Program-made: the position numbers and the translations under genes
In this document: piece after piece, positions 12,356-26,094 of the stretch
How the letters are laid out: every line of letters begins with the position of its first letter
Numbering within the stretch: position 1 is the stretch's first letter
The notes under the pieces: generated by a model
The model's input: the letters and a program-made list of their open reading frames with translations, nothing else
Databases searched by the model: none
What the model was told of the DNA's origin: nothing
Assembly (NCBI RefSeq): GCF_963921235.1
Contig: NC_086097.1
Coordinates: forward strand, 150,290,001-150,354,000
From: Mobula hypostoma
Taxonomy: Eukaryota
Direction of reading: 5' to 3'
DNA length: 64,000 nucleotides

Positions 12356-13888
12356 ACACACACAAATGGTTTTAATAATATAGATTGTTACAACCATTGA
12401 CAACCTTCACATGTTCTCTACCATTTATGTTTCCAGCTCCATAAGCTCCAATTAGTAGTCAATCAAGGCAATATATGAAAAACATTCTCCATTACCCCCT
12501 TTGAAAATTGACATCCTACATGGGAAGGGGATGGGGTGCCCACAAACAGCAATGTCTCAACGATTAGGAGTTAAACACCCTGGGATTGATGGGCAGAGGA
12601 TCAGGTGGGAAGTGAAAGTTGCCAGGTTTAGCCATCAATGTTTCATTCCGATGGTAACGTTCCTAATGAATTCCACAGCAGTGCCACGTGGTGATCGAGC
12701 AGCACCAGCAGGGGTGCAGTGCTGCCAGAGTTTACTAGAGCACTGCTCGGGCATGTCTGTAAAAAGTCAAAATAAACAAGCGGGGAATTTAACAGCGGCC
12801 GCATATTAAGTAGAGGGAATTTTATGGAAGCGGGGGTTGGGGAGAGGGGTTGGTGGCTAGTGGGGAAAATACCACTGATAACACTAGGATAGGATATTTG
12901 ATCGTTTTTGGCGAAATCCTGGAGCTGTGACAATTTTTATTTAGATATTTGTGGAATTCGTCCTCGCTTGACCCGTTGTTTTCCCAGCATACCCTACTGT
13001 AGCCTCCCGCCACTTCACAGATCCTCAGTCTCGCTCCAGTCAAGGGACGACTGCACACAAGTGTGAGCATTTTTCCGCTCTTTCCAATGGGTACCATTGG
13101 ATTCCAGGTAGGAGCTAGATTAAGCAAAGAATGAACATCGAAACCTAAGGTTAAAAGTTGAAAATAATGAAAGAAAAATTCACTGCTCGCTTATTTTCGG
13201 CCTGATTTTGATGAAATATTCAAGGAAATCATCCAAAATCCTCTTCTACACCTGGATAAAGTGAATTTAGTTTTTTTTTACAAGCCAAATGAAAAGAAAC
13301 ATTTCTAGGCTAAAAGCTAGTTTTACATCATTTGAACTATCATTAATAGCGGATCAACTCCTTGGCCTAGCTCCACCAACTATAGTTGATTGGAAAAGGC
13401 TCTTTTTCTCTTTGTGTTGATAGGAGAAAGAGTAATTTAGTGAGGCAATGAATGAGACAAAACGCATTTCCAAACCTCCCAAATGGTTGCTCTCCTCCCC
13501 GTTTACATTTGTCACTTCCAAAATACGATATTTTTTATTCGTATAGATACGATAATAATTTATGTAAAGATTCAAGCTTCTTTAACTTCTTATATATTTA
13601 AAGACTAAACAGGATCTGTATTGGTCTAACCACGTAATACCCGACGTGTGAGGATATTGGGAGTATCGACACTCACAGGTGCACTTCCTGTCCAACCATT
13701 TCTGTGAGAGAAAGGGTACGAGGCAGAGTTGCCAACCTACCATTTTTGATACTAATATTCAGCAATATTCGTGGCTTCAGCAATAGTTCATTAGACTTTT
13801 TATATACTTGATTACTTGGTTCCAACTTAGGTAGCTAAAAGTGTAAAAAGCTTATTTGCTTTATTTCTGTTATTTTTATACCTGCTTA

Positions 13889-14545
13889 AGTCCCAACCCT
13901 CCAAGCAGACCATTGCCTTTGTCAGAGCTGGGGAGCAGCCAATACCTGCCAAAAGGACATCTGCAGGCATCCTGACCTCTGCAAGGGTCTGGCAGCTGTT
14001 GGTGGACCTCGAAGGGCAGCTGAAGTTCCCTAACCATATCGCAGCCACCACCCTGCGACCAGACATTGTCCTAGTGTCTGAGTCGACTAAGCAAGTGGTT
14101 CTGCTGGAGCTGACAGTCCCATAGGAAGATCGCTTGGAAGAGGCCTTTGAAAGGAAGCTCTCCAAGTACGCAGGACTGGTCAGCAACTCTCAGCAGGCTG
14201 GATGGAGAGTGAGGTGTCTCCCAGTGGAGGTTGGTTGTAGGGGATTCGTAGCCTGTTCTTTAGTTAGAACCTTCAGCATTTTGGGCATCGAGGGAGAGTG
14301 GAAGAGGAGAGCCATCCGCAGTATCACCGATGCGGCAGAGAGGGCCTCAAGATGGCTGTGGCTCAAAAGAGGGGAGCCATGGAGTCATAAGTAGCTAGCC
14401 ATCTGGACACAAGCTGGGGTCTGATCAGCCCCGGCTGGGTCACCTGGAGGAGGTTGTATGATGTTGAAAGACCCGAAACACCCGATGATTCCAGGAACAT
14501 CACTGAAGATGTGTCCAGAGGCATCAGTAGATGTATGCACACAGC
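13889..14545 (+). mobile_element. 5'-truncated HERO copy nested in the hAT
   Basis: Near-identical to ~1215-1870. Flanked by the direct repeat TACCTGCTTA (13879-13888 and 14546-14555), a probable TSD. Confidence 0.92.
14443..14515 (+). ncRNA. Rearranged hammerhead-like RNA motif in the HERO 3' UTR (copy 2)
   Basis: GTA 14456-14458, TGATGTT 14459-14465, GAAA 14475-14478, AACATCA-CTGAAGA 14496-14509. Confidence 0.65.
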
Positions 14546-14681
14546 TACCTGCTTAGGAACACTGCTAAGCACTGCGGGCCCTGCTGTCTGCTCTGACTTA
14601 GCCGTATTAGTAAGGCTATATCTGCGGTGCTCCATGGATTACTCGCTAATACAAAAGTAAATCTTTCTCACTAACAACTCT

Positions 14682-16899
14682 ATGGCTTCTAAGCAAACAA
14701 TGTTAACTTCTTTCTTTCGTAAACAAGCTGAGGAGTGTAACAAGAATAACGTACAAGAGACTGATAACAGTAGAAGTGACAAAAGCTGTGTTTCGCCTGC
14801 TTCTAGTTCGAATTTTCTAACCAGGTCCAAATGCAGATCTAGAAGTAATGGTCCTTCGAAGTCAGGCTTGTATCCCTGTTCAGATGTTTGGACTGAAGAA
14901 ATGTGGAAGAAAAAGAAGGAAATTTATCCCTGGTTAGACTTCAAGGATGATAAACTTGGGTGTAAAGTATGTGCAATTGCAAACAAAAGCAGTCTGACAC
15001 TTTTCACTTCTAAGGGTTTGAGGCTGTCAAATGAATGGCAGATGTACCAAGTATCCTATTATGGAGCTGATGGAAGTACACGCTTGAAGTCTCTCAGAAA
15101 AAAAATTGTTGATCACAAACTATCAAAAGCTCACACTGCTGCTCTAAGTGTTGAAAATATAGCTAGTGAAGATGCTCTTGGAAAATTATGTGACACCATG
15201 AATGCTTCGCACCCAAAGGCAATTCATTCAATTTTTTGTTCTGCATATTATTTAGCACAGAACGACAGACCATACGCTGATCACTTTGGCTTATTGGAAC
15301 TTCAAAAAATTGATAGTATTGACATTGGAATTGGACTGCATTCCTGCACTAGTGCTAGAGAGATAATTAATCACATAGCCATTAATATGAAAAAGAAAAT
15401 TTCCCAGCATATCAAGCAGATAAATGGCAAATTTTCTGTTCTCATTGACGAATCAACAAGCCTGAGTATTAAGACCACTCTAATAGTTTATTTGAAATGT
15501 GAAAGTGATCAGGAAGATGATATCCATTTCATGTTTTTCGATCTTATTGAACTGCCTGATCAGAAAGCTGCAACTATTGCTAAGCATCTATTGAACCATG
15601 GGTTTGATGACTCTTACTTGAAACAGAACTTGTAGCATTTGCGAGTGATGGGGCAAGCGTAATGTTTGGTGTCAAATCTGGTGTTGCTACAATTCTCAAG
15701 GAACATTACCCTGATGTGATAATTTGGCACTGTCTTAATCACAGATTAGAACTTGCAGTAGGTGATTCTCTGAGAGAAGTTCATGGAATAAATCATTTTC
15801 AATCATTTATGGACAAATTGTACTCTGTTCACAGTAGATCACCTCTAAATCAAAAGGAACTGTCTGAATGTGCCTCTCAACTAGAACAACAAATTTGCAA
15901 AACAGGCCGTGTTCTGGGCACTAGGTGGGTAGTTAGCTCGTTTCAAATAGTTTCAGCAGTGTGGCAAAATTATGAAGCACTGTGTTTTCATTTTGAAAAA
16001 GCAATGAAGGATGAAACAAGATCTGGAAGTGACAGAAAAACCTATGAAGGTTTGTTGAAAAGACTCTCTTCAGAACAGTTTCTATTGGACTTAGCTCTAA
16101 TGTATGGCACATTGCATGAATTTGGTTTACTGTCAAAGTGTTCACAGAAACGCACTACTATGATTGTTTATGCAGACAAACTGATCCAACGGAGCATAAG
16201 ATCACTCAATGGACTGAAAGAGCAACCTGGTACAAAAACTCTAGAAGCTCAAGAGGCAGTTGAAAAAGGGAAGTTTGGAGAAATTACCTTAACAAGCAAC
16301 AACAAAATTGTCTCCATTAATTATCTACAGTTTCTTACTCGTCTTTTAAACAATTTGTAGCACTGTATGTTCACGGCAACATCCTTGAAAGGTTCTCAAA
16401 CTTCTAAACCTCAAAGTATGTATAATTCCCTGCTAAATGAAATGTGTGTCCTAGATAAAGATAACTGGCCTGCTGAAATACTGCCTAATTATTGAGAAGC
16501 TGCAATATCATCTCTCTGTAAGAGGTTTAAAGCTTTCTTCTTCCTCTGTAATAAATCCCTTCAGAGATTATGTGGAGGACCATGGGTGCTGCATCCCCCA
16601 AGACTTACGCTCATTACTGAGCTGTTCACAAGTTAATCCTATTAGTACTGCTGAGTGTGAGACAGGATTCAGTTACGTGAACTCGATAATAACAACAACA
16701 TGCTCAAGGATTCTCATAGATCATGTATCAGCACTTATGTTTGTTAAACTACACAGACCTCCTCTAGTTCAGTGGAATCCTGAGCCATATGTCACATCAT
16801 GGCTGTGGTACCACAGATCAGCAGATGACACCAGGACAAGAGCTGCTTCAGAACCCCCGAACACACATTACGCCTGACCCTTTGTGGAAATTATTGTGA
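14682..16899 (+). pseudogene. hAT transposase, KIAA1586/ZNF862-like, disrupted
   Basis: YPWL..KDDKLGCKVC, LRKKIVDHKLSKAH, LIDEST (D), SDGA (D), WHCLNHRLEL (CxxH), LGTRW, PISTAECETGFS (E, dimerisation domain). Frameshift at ~15630, stops at ~16358 and ~16492. Confidence 0.92.
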
Positions 16900-17064
16900 A
16901 ACTTCTCAGTGGTGGCATTTGGTCAGAAGGTAATTACTTTTAAATTGGTAAAATACATGATTTACCTCTTCTTTACTTGCTTGATAATTATATTTTATGA
17001 AAATTAGTGAGTGCAACCATGTAATACTTTGTCATATTATAAAATTAGGTATAATAGTTATACT

Positions 17065-18012
17065 TATGATGTTGTTTGTTGATTACAGCTCTGCTTTTAA
17101 TACTGTCATCCCCAGCAAGCTCATCTCCAAACTCCACCAACTAGGCCTCAGCTCATCACTCTGCAACTGGGTCCTGAATGTCTTGTCAGAGCGTTCACAG
17201 GCAGTGAGACTGGGCCCTCACCTGTCCAACCACTACTATCCTGAACACTGGTACACCACAAGGTTGTGTATTGAGTCCCATACTCTACTCCCTCTTCACT
17301 TATGACTGTGTACCTGCATTTAACACCAATACCATTGTCAAATTCGCAGACAACACAACAGTGATCGGGTTGATCTTTAACAGAGATGAATCAGCGTACA
17401 GAGCGGAGGTACAGAACTTAGTGAGCTGGTGCTCAGAGAACAACCTGTCTCTTAATACAGCAAAGACTAAGGAGTTAATTATCAACTTTGAAAAGTTACG
17501 GGATGGCGAGTATGCTCCAGTCTACATTAACGGAAACATAGTGGGGAGAGTGTCCAGTTTCAGGTTTCTGGGAATACACATCTCAGAAGACCTTACATGG
17601 TCCACTAACACCACTACAATAGTTAAGAAAGCACAGCAACGCTTGTTTTCCCTCAGGACGCAGAAGAAAGCTGGTCTACCTGAACAGATGCTAAGCCTGC
17701 ACTTCTAGACTGAAAAATAGCTTTTTCCTGAGAGCTATAATTGCTCTGAACTACTCGATCAAGCATCATCCATAAATTTGTTATATTGCTACTTTAATAC
17801 TGGTTTTATGGCCGTCATGCATCTGAATTGCGCTTCTGTACTGCTGGACATTACTTGTACTGGCTGGTTACTTGATATTATTTATTGTTTATTTATTTTA
17901 TTTGCCATTTTATAGCATTGAGTATGAGAGTTGAAAACTCATTTTCGCTGTATTGGTGCATGACAAATTGTATTATGCAATGACAATAAAGATATTTCAT
18001 TTCCTTTCATTT
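17065..18012 (+). mobile_element. Rex1/Babar-type LINE, 3' fragment nested in the hAT
   Basis: [52 protein letters not shown] plus an (ATTTC)n-like tail. Confidence 0.88.
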
Positions 18013-18302
18013 ATTATATGTTTTATTGTACCAGTTATACACTGCAATGTAGTGATAGGCTATAATCTCATCAATGTCTTAACTGTCACTATATTTCTTA
18101 TTATTACTAAATGACAATAAAAGGGGGCTGCATGTCCTCATAATCATTTTGGTGGAGCTCTGCAATTCATATATTTCTTTATTCTTGGTTTAGTGCTTGA
18201 CATTATAAGAAGCCCTATTCATATATATGTCATACCCAATTTTTGTAGCTGCTCATTACATGACTGGGGCAAGGAGCAGGTACACAAATTGGGTGTGACA
18301 TA

Positions 18303-18504
18303 CGAGGGGTGATTGATAAGTTCGTGGCCTAAGGTGGAAAGAGTCAATTTTAGAAAACCTAGCAATTTTCAATGATCTGAAACAGAAATACCACCAAAGT
18401 TATTAACTTCAAACTTTCCGCATAATCACTCAAAGAGTTTAACTGCACATGCATGTAACGAGAGCTGTATAACCTTAGGCCACAAACTTATCAATCACCC
18501 CTCG
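18303..18504. mobile_element. Mariner-type MITE nested in the hAT
   Basis: ~33-bp TIRs CGAGGGGTGATTGATAAGTTCGTGGCCTAAGGT / ACCTTAGGCCACAAACTTATCAATCACCCCTCG, with TA on both sides. Confidence 0.9.
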
Positions 18505-18899
18505 TACAGCTCCGGCACCTAAAAAAATGGCTCTGCACCCCTGAGCACCAGTGATCCGCAGTCTAGAAGGAGGCAAGGGCAACCTGGAGCATGGGGCTTG
18601 CTGGAGGGCCTTCTGTACCGCCCTGGAGCAAACTGGGGAGGGCCACAGCTGGGACACCTTCATGATGAGAGACAGTAATTGTGCTGTCGAGCATGTCCAG
18701 TGGTATGTAGGAGATGACACAGGGCATGGAGCAGGGAGCAAAGTCTGTTTCCATGCGCTCACTGTAGGTTGTACATAGAAAGGATGCCAAAGTCAGTTTG
18801 CTGATGTCAGTGCTGTAGTGCAGGCACAGGGGAGAGAGAGAGCACACCAATGCTATCACTGCAAAAACATCACTCACAGAATAGGAAAACCAACATGAA

Positions 18900-19100
18900 T
18901 GATCTCTCCCAGTTCAACATCCACAGAACTGTGGCATGGCTCTATCAAGGTAACAAATTGCCATGTGGACTGAGAGAAAGATGCAAGGATGTTCTGAAAG
19001 CCTTGTAGAAATGTGTAAAATCCACACCATCCCTTGGGAATCCTTGGCCATGACAGTTGAAAATGGAGGAGTATTCAAGTTGACATTGAGAGCATTTCTT
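18900..19100 (+). mobile_element. Degraded RTE LINE, 3' fragment
   Basis: Translatable remnant resembling KRCKDVLKA...IPWESLA..WRSI, typical of an RTE C-terminus. Confidence 0.5.
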
Positions 19101-19199
19101 TTAGGATTCTAGAATCCATTTGCAAGCATCGCACTGAAACCCAGCAGAAATCGAGATAAGTCAGAGTTCATCAAGACTGCATGTACTGTACATAAATTA

Positions 19200-20075
19200 A
19201 TGAGAATCAGGTTTATTGTCATTGACACAAGTCAAGACATTTGTTTTAGTGGCAGCAGTAAAGCTAGGCATAAAAAAGTTACTCTAAGATAGTATTTTAA
19301 AAAATAACGCAGAAGAGAGATAGTGAAGTCGTGTTTGTGGGTTCATGGGTCATTCAGAAATCTGATGGCAGAGGGAAAGAAGCTGTTCCTAAAACATTAA
19401 GTGTATATCTTCTGGCTCCTTTACCTTCTCTCTGATGGTAGTAATCAGAAGAGCGCATGTCCTAGATGAAGGGGGTCCTTAATGATGGAGGCTACCTTCA
19501 TAAGGCTTGGCTTCTGAAGATGTCCTGGATGGCTGGGAGGTTGGTGTCCATGCTGGAGCCGGCTGAGCACACAACATTGTGCAGCTCCTTGTGGCCCTGT
19601 ACATCAGAACCTCCATGTCAGGCAGTGATGCAACCAATCAGAATGCTCTCCACGTTACATCTGTAGAAATCTGCTCGAGTCCTTGGTGACATACCAAATC
19701 TCCTCAAGTTCTTAATGAAATATAGCTGCTGTCATGCCTTGTTTGTGATAACATCAACATGAGATATTAATCTACTCATCTTTTCCACTGCGACCCCTCA
19801 ATAACATGTGCTTTGTGTTCTCCCTACTCCCTTTCCTGAAGTCTACAATCAATTCTATTCCTGCTGATGTTGAGTGCAAGGTTGTTCTTGTGACACAACT
19901 TATCTTACACTTCCTCTTGCCATCTAAGAATTTGTCAAAAACAGTGATGTTATTGGCAAATTTGTAGATGGCATTTGACCTGTGCCTGCAACACAGTCAT
20001 GAGTTTATAGAGATAGAGCAGTAGGCTAAGCATGAATTTTTGAGGAGTGTCTATGTTGATTTTCAGTGAGGACAT
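19200..20075 (-). mobile_element. Degraded Rex1-type LINE, 3' part
   Basis: Reverse-complement similarity to the other Rex1 copies (YKFANN-like remnant; 3' tail GACAATAAACCTGATTCT). Confidence 0.75.
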
Positions 20076-22309
20076 TATGTATGTATCTTCGTGTGCAAAT
20101 GCATTCTAAGAACATCAAATAAACCAAACAGATCTGTTAGATTTCTTTCTCCCATATATTACATACACACTCTACATGTAACTGCAAAGTTCAGTACCCA
20201 TACATTTACAAGGGGGAATGAAAAGTTAAAGAATTGAAACTTGCTGAAGTAACAAAACTTGAATGCATTGAATGACTTGAATATTTGCAATGGAGGATCT
20301 GAAAATTCATAACTAGCAATTGTAATTTTAATCTGCCGATTTAAAGTGATGAGACTTGAGGTCAGGTTCATTGAAATAAAAGGCAGAGTTAATGGGATCA
20401 ACAAATATTAGCCTTCTGGTGCACATGTGGAATGGTGCAAGAAGTTGAAAGGAGTCCAATAATTTTCTACTCATCCAAAGCAATATTTCTGAATGCATCC
20501 ACCAATGAGCAGCAAGCTATCAGAATAGTTGAACAGGGATTCATGAGGCTTTGTCTGCATAATGATATGTTTTAGAAGAGCTTATACTGTGCTGCAGGAA
20601 GAAATGGTCAATGTGAGCATGAAAGTAAATGTAGATAATCTAAAACTTGAGAAGGAAATGCTTGAGGCCATTCAGATGGCAAGAAAACCCAATAAGGTCA
20701 TTAAACTTCAATCCTTCACAGTTATGTTGTAACATCATGCCAAGTTGCTGACCAGATCTCTACTGCATTAACTATCAAAGGAAAAGGCATTGGGAAGAGG
20801 AATGTAACTTTCCAAAACTCCATACATTCAAGTTAAGTTTCATTGGATTGTAAAATAACAAGTATTATTTTTAATATAAGAGACATAAAGCAGAAAGTTA
20901 CAGGCTGAACATCTGCAACAGGGAAATGGTAAAGATACCAAAACAGGATACATAGAAATTTGTAGATAATCATATAGTCAGCATGGCTTTACAAAATATT
21001 TTACATTTTATTGGTGTAACATAAGCTGTGTCTACACGCCATGGAAAAATTAGCTGCCTAACAAGGAGAGTAGGATAGAGATAAACATGCTTTTATCTGC
21101 TTGGCAATACGTAGGGGAGAAGACCAGTAGGGATTGGTGCTGGGGCCTCAATATTTTTGCGAAACTTATCACGGAACATATGGTTGTTAAGATAGTAGGG
21201 AGGTAAAAGAATGGAAAAGGAGGTCACAAAGAAAAGCTTAGGTGTTGGTTGAGTGGGAAAATTTAGGCACACTGAGGATCACTTGGTCCTTTTGTTTTGC
21301 TCTGCCATGGTTCATCATCACTGGCAATGAACACAGGTGCACCTCAGTGATGTGTGCTCTACTGCTCTACTCTCACAATACTCACGACTCTATGGCCAAA
21401 CACATCATAAATGCCATCTATAAATTTTCAGATGACTCCACTGTTATTAGTAAAATCTCAGGTAGTGACAAGTGTTAGGGTGTATACTGGAGTTAGGGTA
21501 TATACCAAATTTCGATTTCAACAGCAACCTTCAGATCTGAATATGGACCGTAGATTGAACTTTGAATTTTAATTTCCTGAAGCTGCATTTAAATAAATCG
21601 CAGACCAGGAAACACTCAATTGGCTAATATATGTCTCCATATGCATGAACACCCCATTGCATGAATATGACACAGAAACCACAGCATTTAGAGTAAATTG
21701 CAGAACAGGAGACATCCAATTGACTTGAGATTTATGCACAGGCATCACAATAATTAACACTCATTTTGGGTGTGATGGTGGGAAGAACATGGAGTTTGGA
21801 AAATTACATGTAACTCAAAGAAACATCATGAGGGTATTGTAACTATAGAAATTCTCCTGTTTCTACCTTTGCTCACTAACAATTAAAAATGTGATGTAAT
21901 ATCGGGTCAGAGAGTGTGTCTCTCTTACTCTCTCTAGTGACTCCAATGTGTCCTGAACAAACTTTTATATCTGCCAGCTGCCTCTCTCTGATAACTTTGT
22001 TCACAGTCACGAAACAAGGAGGCTTACATGAGTAATATATTAGATTGACTCACTCCTGTACTCTTCCTCGTCGCCATATAAAGTTGAGTGTCAGCACAAG
22101 GACGTCACGCTCAACATCAGCAAAACCAGGGAATTGATTGTGGACTTCAGGAAGGAGAAGTTGGGGGAACATGCAACTGTCCTTGAGCCTGGCGGCAAAC
22201 TTTTGTTCTTTCTGCCCAGTAGGAGAGGACAGAAGAGAGAATGTCTGGGGTGGGTGGCATCTTGATGAGGTTGGCTGTTTCTTCCAGGCAGCGAGAAGTG
22301 ATAGGTAGA

Positions 22310-23745
22310 AAGCAAAAGAAAGGCTTACAATATTAGTGGGAAGCTGGATGATTTTCTGTTGCTTTTGAAAACCGATAGAGGGCAACTAAACAAAACAATG
22401 AGAGAAAAGTTGAAATACGAAGGTAAACTAGCCAATAATATAAAAGAGAGTACCAATAGTTTTTTTCAAATATATAAAGAGTGAAAGAGAGGTAAGAGTG
22501 GATTCTGGATTGCTGGAGAGGTAGCATTGTGAGACAAGGAAATGGTGGCAATGGTAGGAGGAGAATGATGCCAGGAATGAAAGGGTTAACATATGAGGAG
22601 CGAACTTGCTGGAGTTTAGAAGAATGAGGGGGGATCTTATTGAAATTCTATCGAATATTGAAAGGCCTAGATAGGATGGATGTGGAGAGGATATTTCCTA
22701 TAAATGGGGAGTCTAGGACCAGAGGGGACAACCTCAAAATAGAAGAACGTCCCTTTAGAACAGAGATGAGGAGGAACTTCTGTAGCCAGAGGGTGGTGAA
22801 TCCGCGGAATTCATTGCCACAGACAGCTGTAGAAGCCAAGTCACTGGGTATATCTAAAGTGGAAGTTGATAGGTCCTTGATTAGTGGAGAAGCTCAAGTT
22901 TAATTAATATTCAACCATATATTTGAATATAGGCAAATGAACCAGTGCTCCCCCGGGACCAAGATGCAAAACACATTATCAACAGTGCACAGCACAAATA
23001 GCACATATGGTTACCATTTTAGAAAAACACAAAACATAGTCACAATGACCAAACTACAGACAAAGTCCCTGAGTGACATGACTAGCGTGGCATGATAAGT
23101 TGTCCCGGTCTTGCTTGTTCTTTCACCAAGCAAACACTGCAGAACAGGACTGACTGGAGGGAACCCCACCACACCCCCACAACCCGGTACGGATTCTCAC
23201 ACAGAGGCCTCTCCCACACCATCTCAGAGCCTCTTCCTTTGGGTACTTTGCAACAAGCAACCCTACAGCCTGGGGTTAGTCCTCACCTCAACAGAGGCAA
23301 CACTACACCCTTGGTGTCAGTCTTCACCAATGAACGAGTAAACTTGCAGTACTCTACGTTAGCAGTGTCCTACAGGGACTTACAATCACAATGAAAACAT
23401 CCAAGGCAATCACACAGATCTTCATTTGGACTGTGCACTGTCCAACGATACACATCAAGCCTAGGCAAGAAACCACAATGGCACACAATAAATCCTGCAG
23501 TACTTGATGTTCTTGGTACCTAACAGTGACTTGCAATTGTAAAAAATGTGTACAAGATGAAATGGACCCAGCACAGATGCCACGTCCAACTATGCCGCCA
23601 TTTTATCTGAAGAGGCATCTTACTGCAAGGTAGAAGAATGGGGTTGAGAGGGATAATAAATCAGCCATGATCGATTGGTGGAGCAGTCTCAATAGGTCAA
23701 ATGGCCCAATTATGCTCCTATGTTTTATTGTCTTATTGTCTATGT
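22310..23745 (+). mobile_element. CR1 LINE fragments interrupted by another repeat (~22895-23610)
   Basis: RMRGDLIEFYRILKGLDRMDVERIFP...RTEMRRNFCSQRVVN. CR1 3' UTR at ~23630-23740. Confidence 0.75.
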
Positions 23746-26094
23746 GTGGACTGGAGACCATGGAGGGGAGGCTCAGTTTTGTGATGTGCTAAGTTATATC
23801 CACAACTCTCTGCAGTTATGAGGAAAAATGTGAAATTAAGTAATTGTGTAGATGTTAAATTCCTCATTTTTGGCATGAAAAGTAATACAACAGAATTTTA
23901 AGAAGTATTTTCAGGCCAGTTATCACTGGTGGACAGTGTTACAAAGTTAATGTTTCAGATTACAGACTTTTCACCAGAATTGGAAAGAGAGAAAACAAGT
24001 TAGTTTCAATTTGCAGAGAGGGTGGGAAAGAGACAGGTTGAAGCTAGGGTTGGTATGATCATAATGCTAGTTGTTCGATAAGATAAGGAGGACAATTAGA
24101 TAGAGGTGGACATATATCATGGAAAGTATAACAGCTGTGAAATGTACCGCTACAGTAGGTATCCGGCAGCTGGTGGAAAGGAAAAGAAATGAGTCAACGC
24201 CACCTGGAACCAGATTGGGCTGTGGATGAAACATTAGCAGGAAAGGCAATTCTGATTCAGACTTTCGGGGTTGGGCTGTGTGGAGACTGTATGCTCCGTA
24301 CATCCAGTGTTGGCATTGTGGATTCTCTCTGTGAATATCAGGCGTCTCCCAGTTCTGGTCGCCCCATTGTTGGAGGAATTTTGAAGCTCTGGAGAGAATA
24401 CGGAAGTTTACCAGGACACTCCCTGAATTAGAGTCCATGCGATATAAGAAGAGGTTGGATAAACCCGAGTTGTTTTCTCTGGAGTAGTGAATGCTGAGTT
24501 GAGATCAGATAGAGGTTTATAAGTTTAAGTATAAGATAAAGGAGACAGTATTTTTTTTCACACAGTTGAAATGTCTAATAGCAGAGGTCATACATTTAAA
24601 AGATAAGTGTGGAGGTGTGTGGGGCCAGTTTTTGACACAGAGAATGGTAGGTACCTGCAATGTACTGATTAGGGTGCAGGTTCTTAGACAGATACGTGAA
24701 TGAGTAGGAAATGGAAGAGTTGGTCTTGCCGAGTTTCTGGATCGACGATGTTGCTCATAGTAACAGTAAAACCTATGAATGATTGGTAAATGGCTAGACT
24801 ACCCCTTGTTGGAAATAGTCATTTCTCTGCATCATTATTACTGGCGCAATCACCCTGATCTTGTTACGTTTGTAACCTATATAATGGGAAGATGGAGATC
24901 TGTCAGTTCACTCCTTATACAGTTTCAGGAAACCAACTGTGCCACGCCCATCTTCACTGCAACTGCAAGAGCTAGCAATTTAACTTTGTAAACTGCCATA
25001 CATTTGGGAAGGTTCCTCACTATGTACGTACTTTGCTGGAGGTCCCAATGATCCTTCTCACCCTCTTCAAGAAACTGCAATTAGAGAGGTGAGACAGAAC
25101 AAATACGTTCTGCTTCTTTCAGGGCAGCTCATGCTATCTCTTCATGAATGGACAAGCAAAGATTTGGATTTGGATTATTAACATTCATATACTCATCTTC
25201 ACAACAATCAAGAATCCATCACTTGTATTTTCCTCACATCATTGGTGCTTTAGAGTTCAATTATTAATTGCAGCCCCCAGGTCATTTATTCTATCATCTC
25301 CTTCTCAGGCTTCAATTATTCTCTCAATCAGACTTTTAGCACTGTCTCCAATGTTGGCACCAATTAAAGTTTTAATCACTTCCCATATCAAGATTTCATT
25401 AAAGCTCCAAGTCAGTTCCATTTAAATATGCTGAAGGAACATAAAACTTTTTACAACATAAATGTAGAGCAATTTTTTCCCCATGACTTCTCTAAAATCA
25501 CAAGGTAGGCTATGTAAGTATGGTCTTTAGCTGCACAGTGTCTGTATAATTGAAATTTGGTGCAAATGTTACAGAACTCAACCATTTTGTATTTTTCTCA
25601 GATTGCATTAAAGCTGTTTTCTGGTGCATTGCAATAAGTAAAAGAAATTCTAGCCTTATAATCAGCTTATCTTCATCTCAATCACATTTTCTAATTCCAT
25701 TCCTCATCAACCAATTAACAAGACTCTTTGATGGTCGGGAAGAGGAAATCACATTTGATTTCTCTGGTACTCATGCCATATTTTTACCCATAAGCCCTCA
25801 GGGTGATATTTGCAGGCATAGCGCTGATTGAATTCAAACTTCATTGCTACCTGCTTTTTACTGAGTGTTGTATGAATCACCTGCTGAAATTAGTCCTTAA
25901 GTTTTCAAAATCTGGTGAGTCTAGTTGGAGTTATAGTCCATATATGAGTTACTACAATAATTTAACTAACATGACCATTATGAATGATATAGGTTTACAG
26001 GGAAAATAGATCTGGTCAGATGGTAAACTGCTCCAACTGATGTACCCAACAAACTATTAAAGTTTAAACTTTTGTTCCAATTTCAAATTGTGGG

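Larger units (their letters stand above)
12709..18543 (+). mobile_element. Complete hAT DNA transposon (KIAA1586-like) with nested insertions
   Basis: TIRs CAGGGGTGCAG (12709-12719) and CTGCACCCCTG (18533-18543). Perfect 8-bp TSD AGCACCAG (12701-12708 and 18544-18551). Transposase remnant inside. Confidence 0.93.

Noticed and set aside
12501..13127. Short ORFs as a possible endogenous viral or cargo gene
   Set aside because: No recognisable motifs. They straddle or lie in the hAT left end and look like chance ORFs.
14682..16877. Functional host KIAA1586 gene
   Set aside because: Frameshifts and stops, bounded by TIRs and a TSD: a decayed transposon copy.
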